Shown: piece after piece, positions 26,310-38,499 of the stretch
How the letters are laid out: each line of letters opens with the position of its first letter
Position numbering within the stretch: position 1 is the first letter of the stretch
Assembly (NCBI RefSeq): GCF_006345805.1
Contig: NC_043025.1
Coordinates: forward strand, 2,542,001-2,606,000
Origin: Octopus sinensis
Lineage: Eukaryota
Length of the DNA stretch: 64,000 bases
Reading direction: 5' to 3'
Notes under the pieces: model-generated
Seen by the model: the letters and a program-made list of their open reading frames with translations, nothing else
The model's database searches: none
Told to the model about the DNA's origin: nothing
Position numbers and translations under genes: made by a program

Positions 26310-28568
26310 ATTTCTCTTATTGTAACAAATTTATATTTAGGAATTACAACCGTGTTTCGTGGTCTGCTACCCGAACAGCTCCTTTATAGGATCCAGTTAA
26401 CTCAAGACATCATCAGGAAAAAACCACGTCCGGTTTCGGCCCCTACTCCTCTACCGTTTTGACATGGCTCCCCATCCCCTTTCGGAGCTGTCTCCAGCTC
26501 TGGTGCTGGGTGCATGTCTTTCTTCTTCTTTCTTCTGTTCCCTGGCCTCTTCGATGTATCGTCAGTGAGTGTCAGCCGGTGACTGACTGTCTTGTCAAAT
26601 TTTACCCTTTAAATACCAGCCGCATAGGCTCCAGGAAGTTGTCACTTGACACTGTCTCACCTTAACTGACTAGTGAAGGTGCGTAGTTTTAGCCCGAGCA
26701 TTTTCTAAACGACCATCGCCTGTCAGTCAGCTTGTCTCACCTAATGATGTTATTTCCCGTCGGATTGTTTATGATTTTCAAGCCATTTTCGGTCTTCCCG
26801 CTTCAGCCATATATAGAAGCTGGCTTTTTCGACCGCCTCCTGTACTCTCCTTATTAGTTTACGCAGCTCGGGGCTAGAAAAATCAAATCTTCTTTTGAAA
26901 AGCGTTGTCATTTTCCTTTCAATGAAGCCTCTATCCCCCACTGCCAGGTGATAATATTCGACATTCCATCCCTGTTCTATGCATTCTTCGATTAGCTTTT
27001 CATACTCTTCTCTTTTCGTTCCTCTGCATTGCCGATGTTCTCTTCCCAAGGTACTGTCAGTTCTAGTAAAATTCCCATTCCCTGGTCTCTGTTCCATAGA
27101 ACTAAGTCCGGTCTTTGTGTTGTTTTTATTAGTGGAAATACTACTTGTCTTTCCAAGTCCGTGGCCACCTCCAAGTATCCCTTCCATCCTTCGTCTATCT
27201 TGTATACTTTACTTGTAGGCCTGGTTTTATAACCTTTTCCCTCCTTGTGGAAGTATACTTCCTGCGCTTTTCTACTTTTGGGTACTCTCCCCTATTGTAC
27301 CTCTCGATCTTATCCTTGAGTGCTGCGCTTATGACGCTGAGGACTTGATTATGCTGCCAAGTATTTCTTTCAAGTGCTAGTCTGCAACTTGACATAACAT
27401 GTCTAACCGTCGCTTTCTCTCCGCATCTACAATCATCAATTTTGTTTATGTTCCACCGGATTAAGTTCGCCGGTGAGGGTAGAACGTCGGAGGTAGACTT
27501 GATCAGGAAGGATGTTCTTGCTTGTTCCCAAGCCCAAAGTTCCTTTCATGATATTCTGCGGTTAATCACATATTCCTCCCATCTCAGGCACTGTCCCTGT
27601 TGATGTTTGGCACCAAATGTAAATTTCGCCTTTCTTCTTCCTCCTTTCTCACTTCGTATGCCACTGCCTCTTTCATCTCTTTTACACTGCTCTTGCAAAA
27701 TGGCCTGAAATTTTGCGACCCTAGGCCGGTTCTAGCTTCTTGCGTCGCTCCGACTATATCTGCGTGCTTTAGTTTTCCGATAACCCTGTTTACTGCCTCT
27801 TCCGCCTTCCATTTCCTCCCTGTTCGTACCTTTGGAGGGTTTTCCCGGATACTCTGATCTTTTGAATACCTTAGCATCATTACTATCCTTGCCTTTCCTG
27901 CCCTATATTCTTCGGCGATTGATGTTATTGGTAGTTGCAGCTCGGCTTTTCCATATAGTGCAGTTGTATTCAGTGGTTTTGGCAGACCAAGCCATTTTCT
28001 GATAAACACACTGCATCTTTGCTCCATCCTTTCTATTCTACTCGAGGCTATTTCGTACATTTGTAATGGCCACATTATTCTTGGGTACAGCCCAAATTGC
28101 AGTATCCAAAATTTGAATTTTCCCGGCAGCGTTGTTCTGTCAATTGCCTTTAATCCTTGTTCTACTAACTCGTTGTTTCTTTTCCTTGCTTCTTATCATT
28201 TAATAAATCTTTATAGATCATCTGCCGAGACTCTTTACCTGTTGTTCTTTCGCCGTTGGTATGTCTTCACCTCCTATCCTGAATTTCACTTCTTGCCTTC
28301 CTTTCACGAAAGCCACGCTTCGAGATTCTTTGGCTTTGAATTTCATCCATGCCCATCCTATCAGTTCGTCCAACCGCTCTAACGTTTCCTCTGCTGCTTC
28401 TCTACTTTCTGATAATATAGTTACGTCGTCCATAAAAGCCCTTAATGGTGTCTTAGTAACAGCTTTCTCACAGTTTGTAGATCTGAGTAGCATTTCCAAT
28501 GACTAACACAAATAAGATGACTGATATCGTGCATCCGGCTGCAATGCCTATTTCAAGCCGTTGCCCCT
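26310..28568 (-). mobile_element. 5'-truncated Hero-type (R2 group, restriction-like endonuclease) non-LTR retrotransposon
   Basis: LRAFMDDVTIL (RT), WPLQMYEI...FIRKWLGLP, HVMSSC...TWQHNQVL (CCHC region) and RPDLVLW...LELTVPWE...EYEKL..C...GW...VGDRGF (PD-(D/E)xK nuclease). The extent of the 3' UTR is uncertain. Confidence 0.85.
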
Positions 28569-28819
28569 CCCTAGATTCAAGGTGTTATAAGCAAAATTTA
28601 TATTTTTATGTGATATATTTATATATTACTACATTTAACTTTTTTTAAATGTCGGGTTTTATAGATATAAATGAGTATATGAAGATTTGTATGTATTTGG
28701 TGTTTCTGTGGATTTTGCGATGTTCCTGTAGTTGTTGCTCGCATTGCCTCCCCTCGGATATAAACAAAAAGTGTATACAGCTCATTAGAGCACTTCTATT
28801 TCCAGTCCGTTGTATATCT

Positions 28820-31415
28820 TGAGCCTTCACCACAGCTGCCTCGCCAATGCGTATATTGAGCTCAGCGTCAAGGGATAGGTTGTAGGTGACGGTAGAGCCA
28901 AGATAGGTAAACGTCTCAACCTCCTGTAATCTGTGGTCTCCAATATGTATGTTTGGGATGTCCGGTGTAGCCGGACCTATGATGTTGGTCTTCTTGAGGC
29001 TGATAGCTAAGCCAAAGTCGTTACATGCCTGCTCAAAACAGTTGATGAGCCTTTGTATGGCTTCTTTTGTGTGTGATACCAGAGCAGCATTATCAGCAAA
29101 TAGCATCTGATGTCTGAAAGGCATGTGAAAGTAAGAGCGAGAAGAAGATGCCAAATAATGTAGGAGCAAGGACACAACCTTGCTTTACTCCGTTTTTTAT
29201 TTGGAAGGCGGCTGATGTTGAACCATTGTGCTGTATGGTGCCTTGCATATCATCATGGAAAGATTTGATGATCCTCAGCAGCTTTGGTGGACATCCGATT
29301 TTTTGGAGCAGGATGAAGAGGCCTTTTCTACTTACAAACGAAGGCCATATGTAATGGCATTTTCTGCTCTCTGGACTTCTCCAGAAGTTGGCGTATGGAG
29401 AATATCATATTGATAGTTGATCTGTTTCTTCTAAAGCCACACTGCGATTCCGGATAGATTCGAGAAGCAAGTAGTTGTAGCCTGGCCAGGGTAACGCGGG
29501 CAAAGGTCTTTCCAACAGTGCGTAGAAGGGATATTCCACGGTAATTGTTACAATCACCACGGTCACCTTTGTTTTTGTAAATCGTGATGATGTTAGCATC
29601 CCGCATATCCTGAGGGACTGTACCCTCTCCCCAGCACTGACACAGAAGCTCATGATGGTGCCGAAGCAGGATGGTGTTTTTGCCGGCTTTGATGACCTCT
29701 GAGGGGATGCCGTCTTTTCCCGGAGCCTTATTTCTTGCTAGGGAGTCAACAGCCTTGGTGTGCTCTGCTATAGATGGCCCACCGTCAAGTTCGCACATGA
29801 CTGGCAAGATCTTGACACTCTCGACTGCAGCCTCAGCCACTGTAGTCTCCCGTGAATAGAGATCCTGGTAGTGCTCCACCCATCTATACATTTGCTTGCC
29901 TTGATCCCTGATGAGATCTCCAGTAGTTGATTTCAGAGGGGCTGACTTGGTTGCGGATGGACCGAGGGCCTTCTTTAAACCGGCATACATCCCACGGGTA
30001 TCGCCACTCTCAGCAGCTGACTGGATACTCTGACAGATTTCCTGCCAATACCTATTTGCACAGCATCTGGCTGTCAGTTGGGTTATATTTTTTGCCTTTC
30101 TGAGTTCTTCGAGTGATTTTGTAGAAGAATCACTCTTGTATTGCATCAGAGCTGCATGCTTTGCTTCGATAACTGGTTCCAGCTCTAAGAGCCCATCACT
30201 GAACCAATCTGGGTGTTGCCTTTCTCTCATGCCGAAAGTATCTATTGATGAGGTATACAAAGCTTCCCTGATATAATTCCACCTAATTTCAGCAAAGGGG
30301 GTTGGGCAACTACTGAGGGCACCTTGATAGAAACAGCAAAACATTTTCGCTGTGTAGGATCCGAGCTTCTGGCAGTGTTAATGCGTGATCGGCCCTTTTT
30401 CTTGGAGTGATGGACTTTTCTAGGCAGGATCCTCACCCTGCTTCTAATTAGTGAGTGATCTGTGTGGTAACTACGGGTTAGTTAAACAGAATTCAGAAAG
30501 GATCTTCGTGTAATGATGAGATCCATCTGATGCCTGTGGTGAGATCTTGGATGTCTCCAAGATGCCTTGTGTGATGGCTTGTTGGCAAAGTATGTGCTGG
30601 TGACGCCCAGGTTATGGTATGGGCAAAATTCAAGTAGTCTCTCACCATTGTCATTCATGTTGCCAATATCAGTGTATCCAACACAAATGGGCCACGAATC
30701 TCCTAGAAGGTAGATGTTTTCATTTGTTGGTATATTTTTAATGACACAGTTGAGATCTTTGTAGAACTGGTCCTTGGTCTCCTCTGGGCTGTAGAGAGTG
30801 GGAGCATAGATGCTCAGTAGATATACTGAAACAGAAGAAGTCGAGAGGCGCAGTGAGAGGATACGCTCAGTGTCTCCTGATGGTGGTTCTATTGAGGAGA
30901 GTAATGAGTTTCTCACTGCAAAGCCAACGCCATGCTGACGAGGTTCTTCTAGATCGCTTCCCTGCCAAAAGAAGGTGAAATCCTGTTCTTTGACTTTCCC
31001 GTTTGAGGGGAGTCTTGGCTCCTGCAGCCCAGCAATGTCTATGTTAAGCCTCTCTAGTTCACGGTCAATGATGGCCGTCTTTCTTGTGTCTTCAACCCTG
31101 AGTAGATCATCAGATATTCCAGGGCACATGGTCCTGACATCCCAGTTTTCTAACCGCAGGACTGGTGGTTTCTTGTCTTTTAGTTGTTTGCCTGGTGCAG
31201 ATGTTGCAGGCCGTTTTTTCAAGTCAAACTCTTAGCTCCAAGCACCCAATGAAGCAGGCGGCCTGTGGTGGGTCAGCAACTTATTAACTGGGGGCTGCCC
31301 TGCTTCAGGTAGGCAGTAGCTAACCAATGAGACAAGAAGGTCCCTCCCACCGTCAGCGGTGTCCCGTGGCGCCCATATCTTACGCTAATCTGAATGGACT
31401 TATCACCAGTTATGT
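28820..31415 (-). mobile_element. RTE-clade LINE, 5' end intact, 3' truncated, frameshifted
   Basis: APE endonuclease at 30482-31222 (WDVRTM, IAGLQE, HGVGFAV, SIYAPT, WRHPRS). RT motifs KAPGKDGIP, NYRGISLL, PESQCGFR, MLFADNAAL and FTYLGS. Confidence 0.93.
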
Positions 31416-31559
31416 CAATATTATTCTGCATACATATTGGTAACGAACATATGTATATGCATACATACATATACGCACAATATACCAATATATACATAAG
31501 TATTATATGTTGTTGAATGTAAGATAATTCGCAGACTAAGAGAGAAACGTTATATATGC

Positions 31560-33060
31560 ACTTCGTAAGCGTAACGAAATAATTTCGACCAAGATCTTAC
31601 CAATCTCGTTAAAGACATCACATTGAAACCCAGAAAAATAACAATCAAACCCCACCTAACTAAAACTTATATTATCATCGTGAGTCTTCAAAAATACTCT
31701 GAAATTCTCTTCAAAGCCGTCAAGACCGGCAACCTTTATAACGTTCCTCTAGATAAATACCGTGAGCTAATACTCAAGCAACTACATAAAGGCTACCATA
31801 TTGTACCGGTTCCACTCGAAAAGACATCATCATCAAGAACCGTGATCTCGTTTTCGAACTCGGATTAGAAGATAGGACTGAACCTTCCTTAACTCGCACA
31901 TTCGATATTAACGTAGAAGACTAGAAAATAAAATTTGGCAAGGACCATTCCGTTCGCCTTATTTGCTTCTCCATTTCAGATACAAGTAAGATCACAAGAT
32001 TTTATCAGACAGGATTATACCCCCAACTGCATCCAACGTACACACTACACCTATGGCCTGAAATTACTCAAGCCGTCCAGTGGTTTAATTCCTAAAGCCC
32101 TAAACATGCTTTTAAATTCATCCAGATCGACATAGACCAAATCACTCTAGTGTATCCCTTATCCTTCTCAACAAAGTCCTCATGTTTGCAATGATACACT
32201 CTAACCTCACTTGTGACGATATTGATATAATCATATGATAAAACTGGGTACTTCTGGGCCAATAGAGACATTCGGGATTCTCGCAACCGCCGAATCGAAC
32301 AGATTAGAAAAAGGCTAAGATATATTTTTTAAAAAGTGGGCCTCTGCATCACATTTTGTAACAGCCTTAAAACTTCTAATTTCCTAGATGTCACCCTAGA
32401 TCTACAAAGTCAAATTTTCTACCCATGCCATAAACTTAAGGGGAACCTCCACTACGTCAACTTTTCCTCCAAACACAACGCCAGTTGTCCTAAACTCTAT
32501 CGTAGATATCGTATCAAAACGGATTTCATCACTGCCCGCCGGTACGGAAATATTCGAACAATACGCTGAATATTATAATTGCGCCTTACAACGCTCCGGT
32601 CATAAGAATTCGATCGAATATACCCCTATGTGGAACAAGCCTCCCTCAACTAACCTCGGAACCAAGAATACACCCTTCCCTCTTAATACCCGACCCCTTG
32701 TACCCATGCTCTTCTTCACCATACACGAGAAGCATCTCCCTATGTCCAGCCCCTATACCAAAATATTTAACCCGCAATCTATAATATTTTCCTACTCCTC
32801 CACCACTGAAATTGTTGGACCAATCCGAAATCTTAACAAAATGAAACTTTGAAACATACAATTAGTTACCTTTATCATAAGAACATAACTCACCCGAACC
32901 CCCAGCCTCATATCCACAAAACTAGAACACACTTCAACTTCCTTACTAACACTGACCCTTTAAGACAAAGCATTGTCTGACACTACCTATTTATCTCGAC
33001 TAATCCATAAACTTCAACATAAATCAATTTCTTGTAATCTGAAATGGTTTATGATCATCT
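31560..33060 (+). mobile_element. Heavily decayed Naiad-type Penelope-like element
   Basis: SNFLDVTLDL..IFYPCHK..LHYVN.SSKH and KHLPMSSPYTKIFNPQSIIFSYS. Paralogue at 38500-39833. Confidence 0.75.
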
Positions 33061-33236
33061 ACGCTAAGCATTATATCGCCATCATCCTCCCCTTCATCAT
33101 CAACATAAACATCATCTCGGCCATTTTCTCCTTTATCGTCCTTTTTTTCTTAATATGATTCTAAAGATACAAGATTTAATATTTTATCAGAAATCTTTTT
33201 AATACTTTTTCTTTTGACCCGTGTTTTATGTTTCAG

Positions 33237-33308
33237 AAATTTCTATGGCAATCAGATCACAACCATCCCACAAGGTGTCTTTCAAAATCTTCCAAGTTTA
33301 CAGAAAAT
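33237..33308 (+). CDS. Internal 72-bp phase-2 exon encoding one 24-aa leucine-rich repeat of a host extracellular LRR protein
   Basis: Pyrimidine-rich acceptor ...gttttatgtttcag| and donor |gtaagt, exactly 72 bp. It translates as (x)NFYGNQITTIPQGVFQNLPSLQK(I/M), fitting LxxNxIxxIPxGxFxxLxxLxxL. Confidence 0.88.
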
Positions 33309-34597
33309 GTAAGTTGCTTAAGTTTTTTTGATATTATTTTATTTACGAAATTTTTCTAGGAACTTAATGTCTTCTCATCTTTCTTTTTCTCTCTGTATCT
33401 CTAACGCATATTCCGCTACCATATTCATGTTGGAGTGTGTATGAAAGTCTATGCAATTGTTGGTGTCTGTATGCGTCAGCATCGATATCTAATATTTTGT
33501 GTATGAGCGTACGATTGAATGAGAATATGTATGTTTGTATTCGTGTCTACAGGTGGGTATATTATGAAATACATATTTATGCAGAGTTCGCTTGAAAAAT
33601 CTATATACACTTCAAGAAAAGAAAAGAACGTATAGAAATATATTCATTCTCACTTTTTTTTAGATGCTGCTTCATTGATATGAGTTATTTTAAACTCTAC
33701 AATTACATGACGTGCTGAAGTTGGTAGTCGTCATTTTCTATTTGTACAGTGAGCTACAGCTGGGGCAATTTGGTCAAACTGTCCATTGTGATGGCTGCTT
33801 ATGCCGTTTCAATTTCTTTAGGAAGGATGTTAGAGTAGTCAGTCGTCCACAATATAAAACAATGTTTGGTGTGTCCCTCGTACGTTTGTGTGTATGTGTA
33901 ATGATATTACTTACGTTGATATATTTTTATTGTCATTTCTATCCTCATTCGCAATTCTCAAATTGTTTTGCTTGTCCATCTTGTCTGTTTTCTTGCTACT
34001 ATCTTTTCTTCATCATCGACTTCCTCATTGTTACTGATTTTGTTGTTATTGTTGTTGTTGGTGTTCTTGTTGTTGTTGTTCTTCTTAACATAACGAAATA
34101 CATTATAATCGAACCGAGTGAAACCGAGTTTATTGAGCGAGGTGCTTTTTGAAACGTCAACTGATGAGAAACATCTGCACAGAAAGATGCACCGAGTCCA
34201 CTCGACCATTATCTCATCCGTGAGTGGCCGATTGAAGACGGGCTGAAACGGCAGTAGTGAATAACGAATCTCGTAAAATCAATTTTCCATTTCCCTCATG
34301 TGTGAGTATGTGTGTGTGTATGTGTGAGTATACGCTTAGATGTTGGTATGGCTGTGTGATAGCAATTTTGTTTCTGTATTCTGTCCCTCTGCGTGTACTC
34401 TGGTCTTCAACCGAACAAACCCGTGTATGTTAGTTAATTGGGTACAGGGTAACTTAGAAACATGTCGTATATATACGAAGTGGTATCATAAAGTTCCCGG
34501 CCGAGTTACGTTTAATAAAAGTAACTTATACTACCTGAGTTATAACTTCATTTCCTTCGGAAAAGTCGACTTGCGAAATAAAACACAAATATGAAAC

Positions 34598-35686
34598 GTT
34601 TTCCTTTCTTTTTTTCCTTTTTTTCACCGTTAACGTCACATATACGGCTCCAGTTCTAACAGATCAATTTCTGGGGGCAGCACGTTGAACTCCATCAACG
34701 CTCTGGCCGGGTCAATTCAATCCCCGCACATATCTCTAAGTTTCTTATAGGTTTCCGTATCGACCACAATGACCTTCACACTCTCTTGGTACACGTTGTT
34801 GGACAACTTTACCCTTATGAACTTTACGATTTGTTTCTCCACTTCCTTGTTCTTAGAATACGTCACAAAATTCCATTTGTTCTTACCCCCTTTCGGTCTT
34901 CTCCTTTCTTCTTTTACTACTTTTCTTATTATAGGTTCCTCTGTACTCTTCTCTGAGTCTGAGACCTTCTCTTTCTCCGTCTTCAGTTTCTCCATCTCAC
35001 CCTCTTGTAGTTGAGTTCCTGAATCTTCCGTCAATTCACCTCTCATCTTCATACTTGCTTCCTCCTTCTCTGACTCATTGTCACACACCTTCTTAGTTAT
35101 TTTTTCACTTTCCTTTTCCGCCTCACTTTTATCATCTTTCTTTCTCGTTATCTCTTTCTTTCCCACCTCTTCTTTCTTCTTTTTCTGGTTAGTCGGTGGC
35201 GGGCTTACCCCACCGCTCCTCCTTTTTCTTTCCACTAGCGTGAATTCTTCTTCCGCTGTTTTCTCATTATTCTCTTCTGTCAATGCCTGCTCGACACCCT
35301 CTTCAGTCTCTCTCTGCTCCCTCCGTGGGTATCTCGCCTCCATGTGTCCCTCCTCGCCACACTCGAAACACACAAGCGGCCTGCCTTCCACCTTCACTCC
35401 CAGTGCAACACTATCTCCTCTGCCATTCCGTTCAAGTCCTCCACTTTAGCCTGGATTGTTAGCTCCAACCCACAGCCCCAGCAGCTTGTTTGCTCTGGTG
35501 GCCCTCAATATTCCAGCCTCGTCCTCCATGTTGTACACAATGGCCGTCATCAGCCATGCCTCCTCCAGCTCAGGGGGCACCTAGCCCACCCAAACCCTCA
35601 CCACACGTCCGCCGCAACAGGATGCCAGAAGAATTCATTCTTCTGAGCCTACTGCATCGTCTGGGGGCGTCCACAGAACACAAGTA
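34598..35686 (-). mobile_element. ORF1-only gag-like element with an A-rich 3' tail
   Basis: ORF 34717-35397 begins VEGRPLVCFECGEEGHMEARYP (knuckle of L1/Tx1-type ORF1) and has a K/E-rich tail. The T-rich run at 34598-34624 lies about 90 bp past the stop. No ORF2. Confidence 0.7.
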
Positions 35687-37242
35687 AAAGAGAGAAGATT
35701 GGTACATACATACATACATACTTGCATATATACATATATACCTAATGAAGAATAAGAGAATGGTTTCAGCGACTTTCTATATTCTATATCAAGGCAATTT
35801 TGTCTACACATCACATCCGTAGTTCTTGATGAGATGATATAATTTACATCGTGTGTCATCACTACAATTCCTTAAAAGTGGACAGTAGGACTTATTGAAA
35901 TACTCACCTGAAAAGCATATTTTACACCTCTGATAGATGGTAAGGATTACGCAATTTATTAATTACATCATCTGAACCATGTACAATGGTTGTGAAATCA
36001 TGTAGTAACAATTGTAGTATTATGGAATATAGAATATCGTTTAATTCATTCCCTCTTATTCACCTCTGTTCAAACACGAAAGCGAAAAAGGAAAGAGACA
36101 CAATTTCTCCACAAAGAAAAAAAAAACGAGATACAACAGATATTCAAAACGCTTTAGTAACAATTTTCCACGCGGGTTTCGAAATCGCAAATCCGAATCG
36201 CCATATAATATCACCATACACATACCAGTTGCTGACGTCACCTAACTCCAGAACAATGAAATTTGACTTACAATCAAAATCGAACTTCAGCAAATACAAC
36301 AAAATTACCCTTTTAAGAGAATCAACCAACTGGAATGGCTGATGACCGTTCCCCACAGGTAAGCCAACCAGGCAGAATGAAAATCTTGACCACCAGAAAA
36401 ATAAGACATCAACAAATATCAGATCCTTCACGGAAAAAAAATCGTAAATACACCGGATTCTGTAAAACGCCTTCACAAGCAAAAGACCTGTACACGTCGG
36501 TAAGAGAATCACAGAAACTGTAAACAAAAACCCTTTTTTTCACTATCTTCATTTCTCCCTTGTTTTTCTCCCTCTTAACTCAGTATGGCCGAAACTTTGA
36601 TACTCCACATTTCTTATCGATCACTACTAACACTATTGAATGTTGTGCATTTCAGCAAAATGATCCACATTTTTTATATATTATTGAAATTTATGAACAT
36701 TTAAAATCATACTTCATTTCACCGAAACTTATAAACATAAAAACATGTTTTTCTAATTCATAATTTTAAATTTTTACCATTCATAAACAAAAAATATTGT
36801 TGAAACTAGTTTGGTAGGTATATTGTTTTTATTTGTTTTATTTTATTTTATCTAGTTTCAGCTCACGAGCTGTGGCCATGCTGGGGCACCGCCATTTAAT
36901 ATAAATATATTTATTTAAAAACAATTACGTGTTTTTTTTCAAATTTAGGGGCGTTTTCAACAACAAATTTTCCTATATACTTTTCTGCGTGGAAATACAA
37001 CGCCTCTTTTGTTATACTCTTTTCTCTTTACCCTTTTACTTGTTTCAGTCATTTGACAGCGGCCATGCTGGTGCACCGCTTTTAATCGAGCAACTCGACC
37101 CCGGGACTTATTCGTTTGTAAGCCCAGTACTTATTCTAACGGTTTCTTTTGCCGAACCGCTAAGTGAGGGGACGTAAAAACACCAGTATCGATTGTCAAG
37201 CAATGCTAGGGGGACGAACACAGACAAACAAACAGACACACG

Positions 37243-37326
<84 letters not shown>

Positions 37327-37328
37327 TA

Positions 37329-37367
<39 letters not shown>

Positions 37368-37520
37368 GTTATCGCCATACTAATATGGCATTCTTTAAAA
37401 TAAGAATAAAGCTGTCCGCTTATTAGCTCCATGAGGCCATCGCCTTAAGTTAGCTATTTGATACACAACTGTATCCATATAACCTTCGACAGGGAGTCAG
37501 TCGCTCCACACTACTTGACC

Positions 37521-37572
37521 GGCAGCTACAGACGCGTTTCGGGGTATTGCCCCTTTTCAATGCAGCGTAGCC
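37521..37572 (-). ncRNA. Type I hammerhead ribozyme, U3-A8 core
   Basis: gctgca-TTGAAAA-GGGG-caata-CCCC-GAAA-CGCG-TC-tgtagc. Confidence 0.85.
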
Positions 37573-37878
37573 AGACCAGTAGGTGTCGCTTCTGACAATT
37601 TCTGTTCGAAGGTTTTATTTACCTAGCTTCGGTGGAATACATCCACTTGTTTTCAAAATAGAATATTAAAATTGCTAAGTCTCTCTAAAGAACAACGGCA
37701 GCGTTTCCGGAAAATAATAGTTATCGCCATACTAATATGGCATTCTTATAAAAATAAGAATAAAGCTGTCCGCTTACTAGGTCCATGAGGCCATCGCCTT
37801 AAGGTAGCTATTTGATACACAAACTGTATCCATATAACCTTCGAACAAGGCAGGTCAGTCGCTCCACACTACTTGACC

Positions 37879-37930
37879 GGCAGCTACAGACGCGTTTCGG
37901 GGTATTGCCCATTTTCAATGCAGCGTAGCC
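37879..37930 (-). ncRNA. Type I hammerhead ribozyme with one stem II mismatch
   Basis: Same motif, with the 5' strand of stem II reading TGGG. Confidence 0.75.
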
Positions 37931-38240
37931 AGACCAGTAGGTGTCGCTTCTGACAATCTCTGTTCGAAGGTTTTATTTACCTAGCTTCGGTGGAATACAT
38001 CCACTTGTTTTCAATAATAGAAATATTAAAATTACTAAGTCTCTCTAAAAGAGAACAACGGCAGCGTTTCCGGAAAATAATAGTTATCGCCATACTAATA
38101 TGGCATTCTTATAAAAATAAGAATAAAGCTGTCCGCTTATTAGCTCCATGAGCCATCGCCTTAAGTTAGCTATTTGATACACAAACTGTATCCATATAAC
38201 CTTCGAACAAGGGAGGTCAGTCGCTCCACACTACTTGACC

Positions 38241-38292
38241 GGCAGCCGCAGACGCGTTTCGGGGTATTGCCCCTTTTCAATGCAGCGTAGCC
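38241..38292 (-). ncRNA. Type I hammerhead ribozyme
   Basis: Same motif. The 3' strand of stem I is tgcggc and still pairs with gctgca, so the changes preserve the structure. Confidence 0.85.
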
Positions 38293-38499
38293 AGACCAGT
38301 AGGTGTCGCTTCTGACAATATATATCCTTTATATATATATAGATACATAAATATACATATATACGACGGGCTTCTTTCAGTTTCCGTCTACCAAATCCAC
38401 TCACAAGGCTTTGGTCGGTCCGAGGCTATAGTAGAAGACACTTGCCAAAGGTGCCACGCAGTGGGACTGAACCCGGAACCATGTGGTTGCTAAACAAGG

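Larger units (their letters stand above)
16906..33236. repeat. Exon-plus-intron unit, tandemly duplicated as 33279-39833
   Basis: 16906-18340 matches 33279-34560, 20100-21500 matches 35845-36985, and 31560-32690 matches 38500-39590. Segment 21500-31500 is a stack of insertions unique to this copy. Confidence 0.85.
37362..38319 (-). mobile_element. Tandem array (about 2.7 units of 352-363 bp) of a hammerhead-carrying non-coding repeat; retrozyme-like
   Basis: Units start at 37362, 37714 and 38077 with one type I HHR each. No credible ORF; embedded in (TA)n. Confidence 0.88.
37010..38498 (-). mobile_element. Abundant SINE with an internal CA/TA microsatellite, split by the hammerhead array
   Basis: The 3' half is at 37010-37245 (CTCTTTT tail, CAGTCATTTGAC.GCGGCCATGCTGG). 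The 5' half is at 38362-38498 (ACGACGGGCTTCTTTCAGTTTCC...GGGACTGAACCCGGAACC). Another tail fragment lies at 19975-20093. Confidence 0.8.

Noticed and set aside
31230-31415. HDV-like ribozyme in the RTE 5' UTR
   Set aside because: Plausible for the clade, but I could not build the nested double pseudoknot by eye. An RNArobo or Infernal search would be needed.
28820-31415. Active RTE LINE
   Set aside because: It has multiple frameshifts, an internal RT deletion and a missing 3' end.
37362-38319. CRISPR-like array or plain satellite
   Set aside because: There are no unique spacers and the context is eukaryotic. Dispersed low-copy arrays with a ribozyme fit a retrozyme-like element better.
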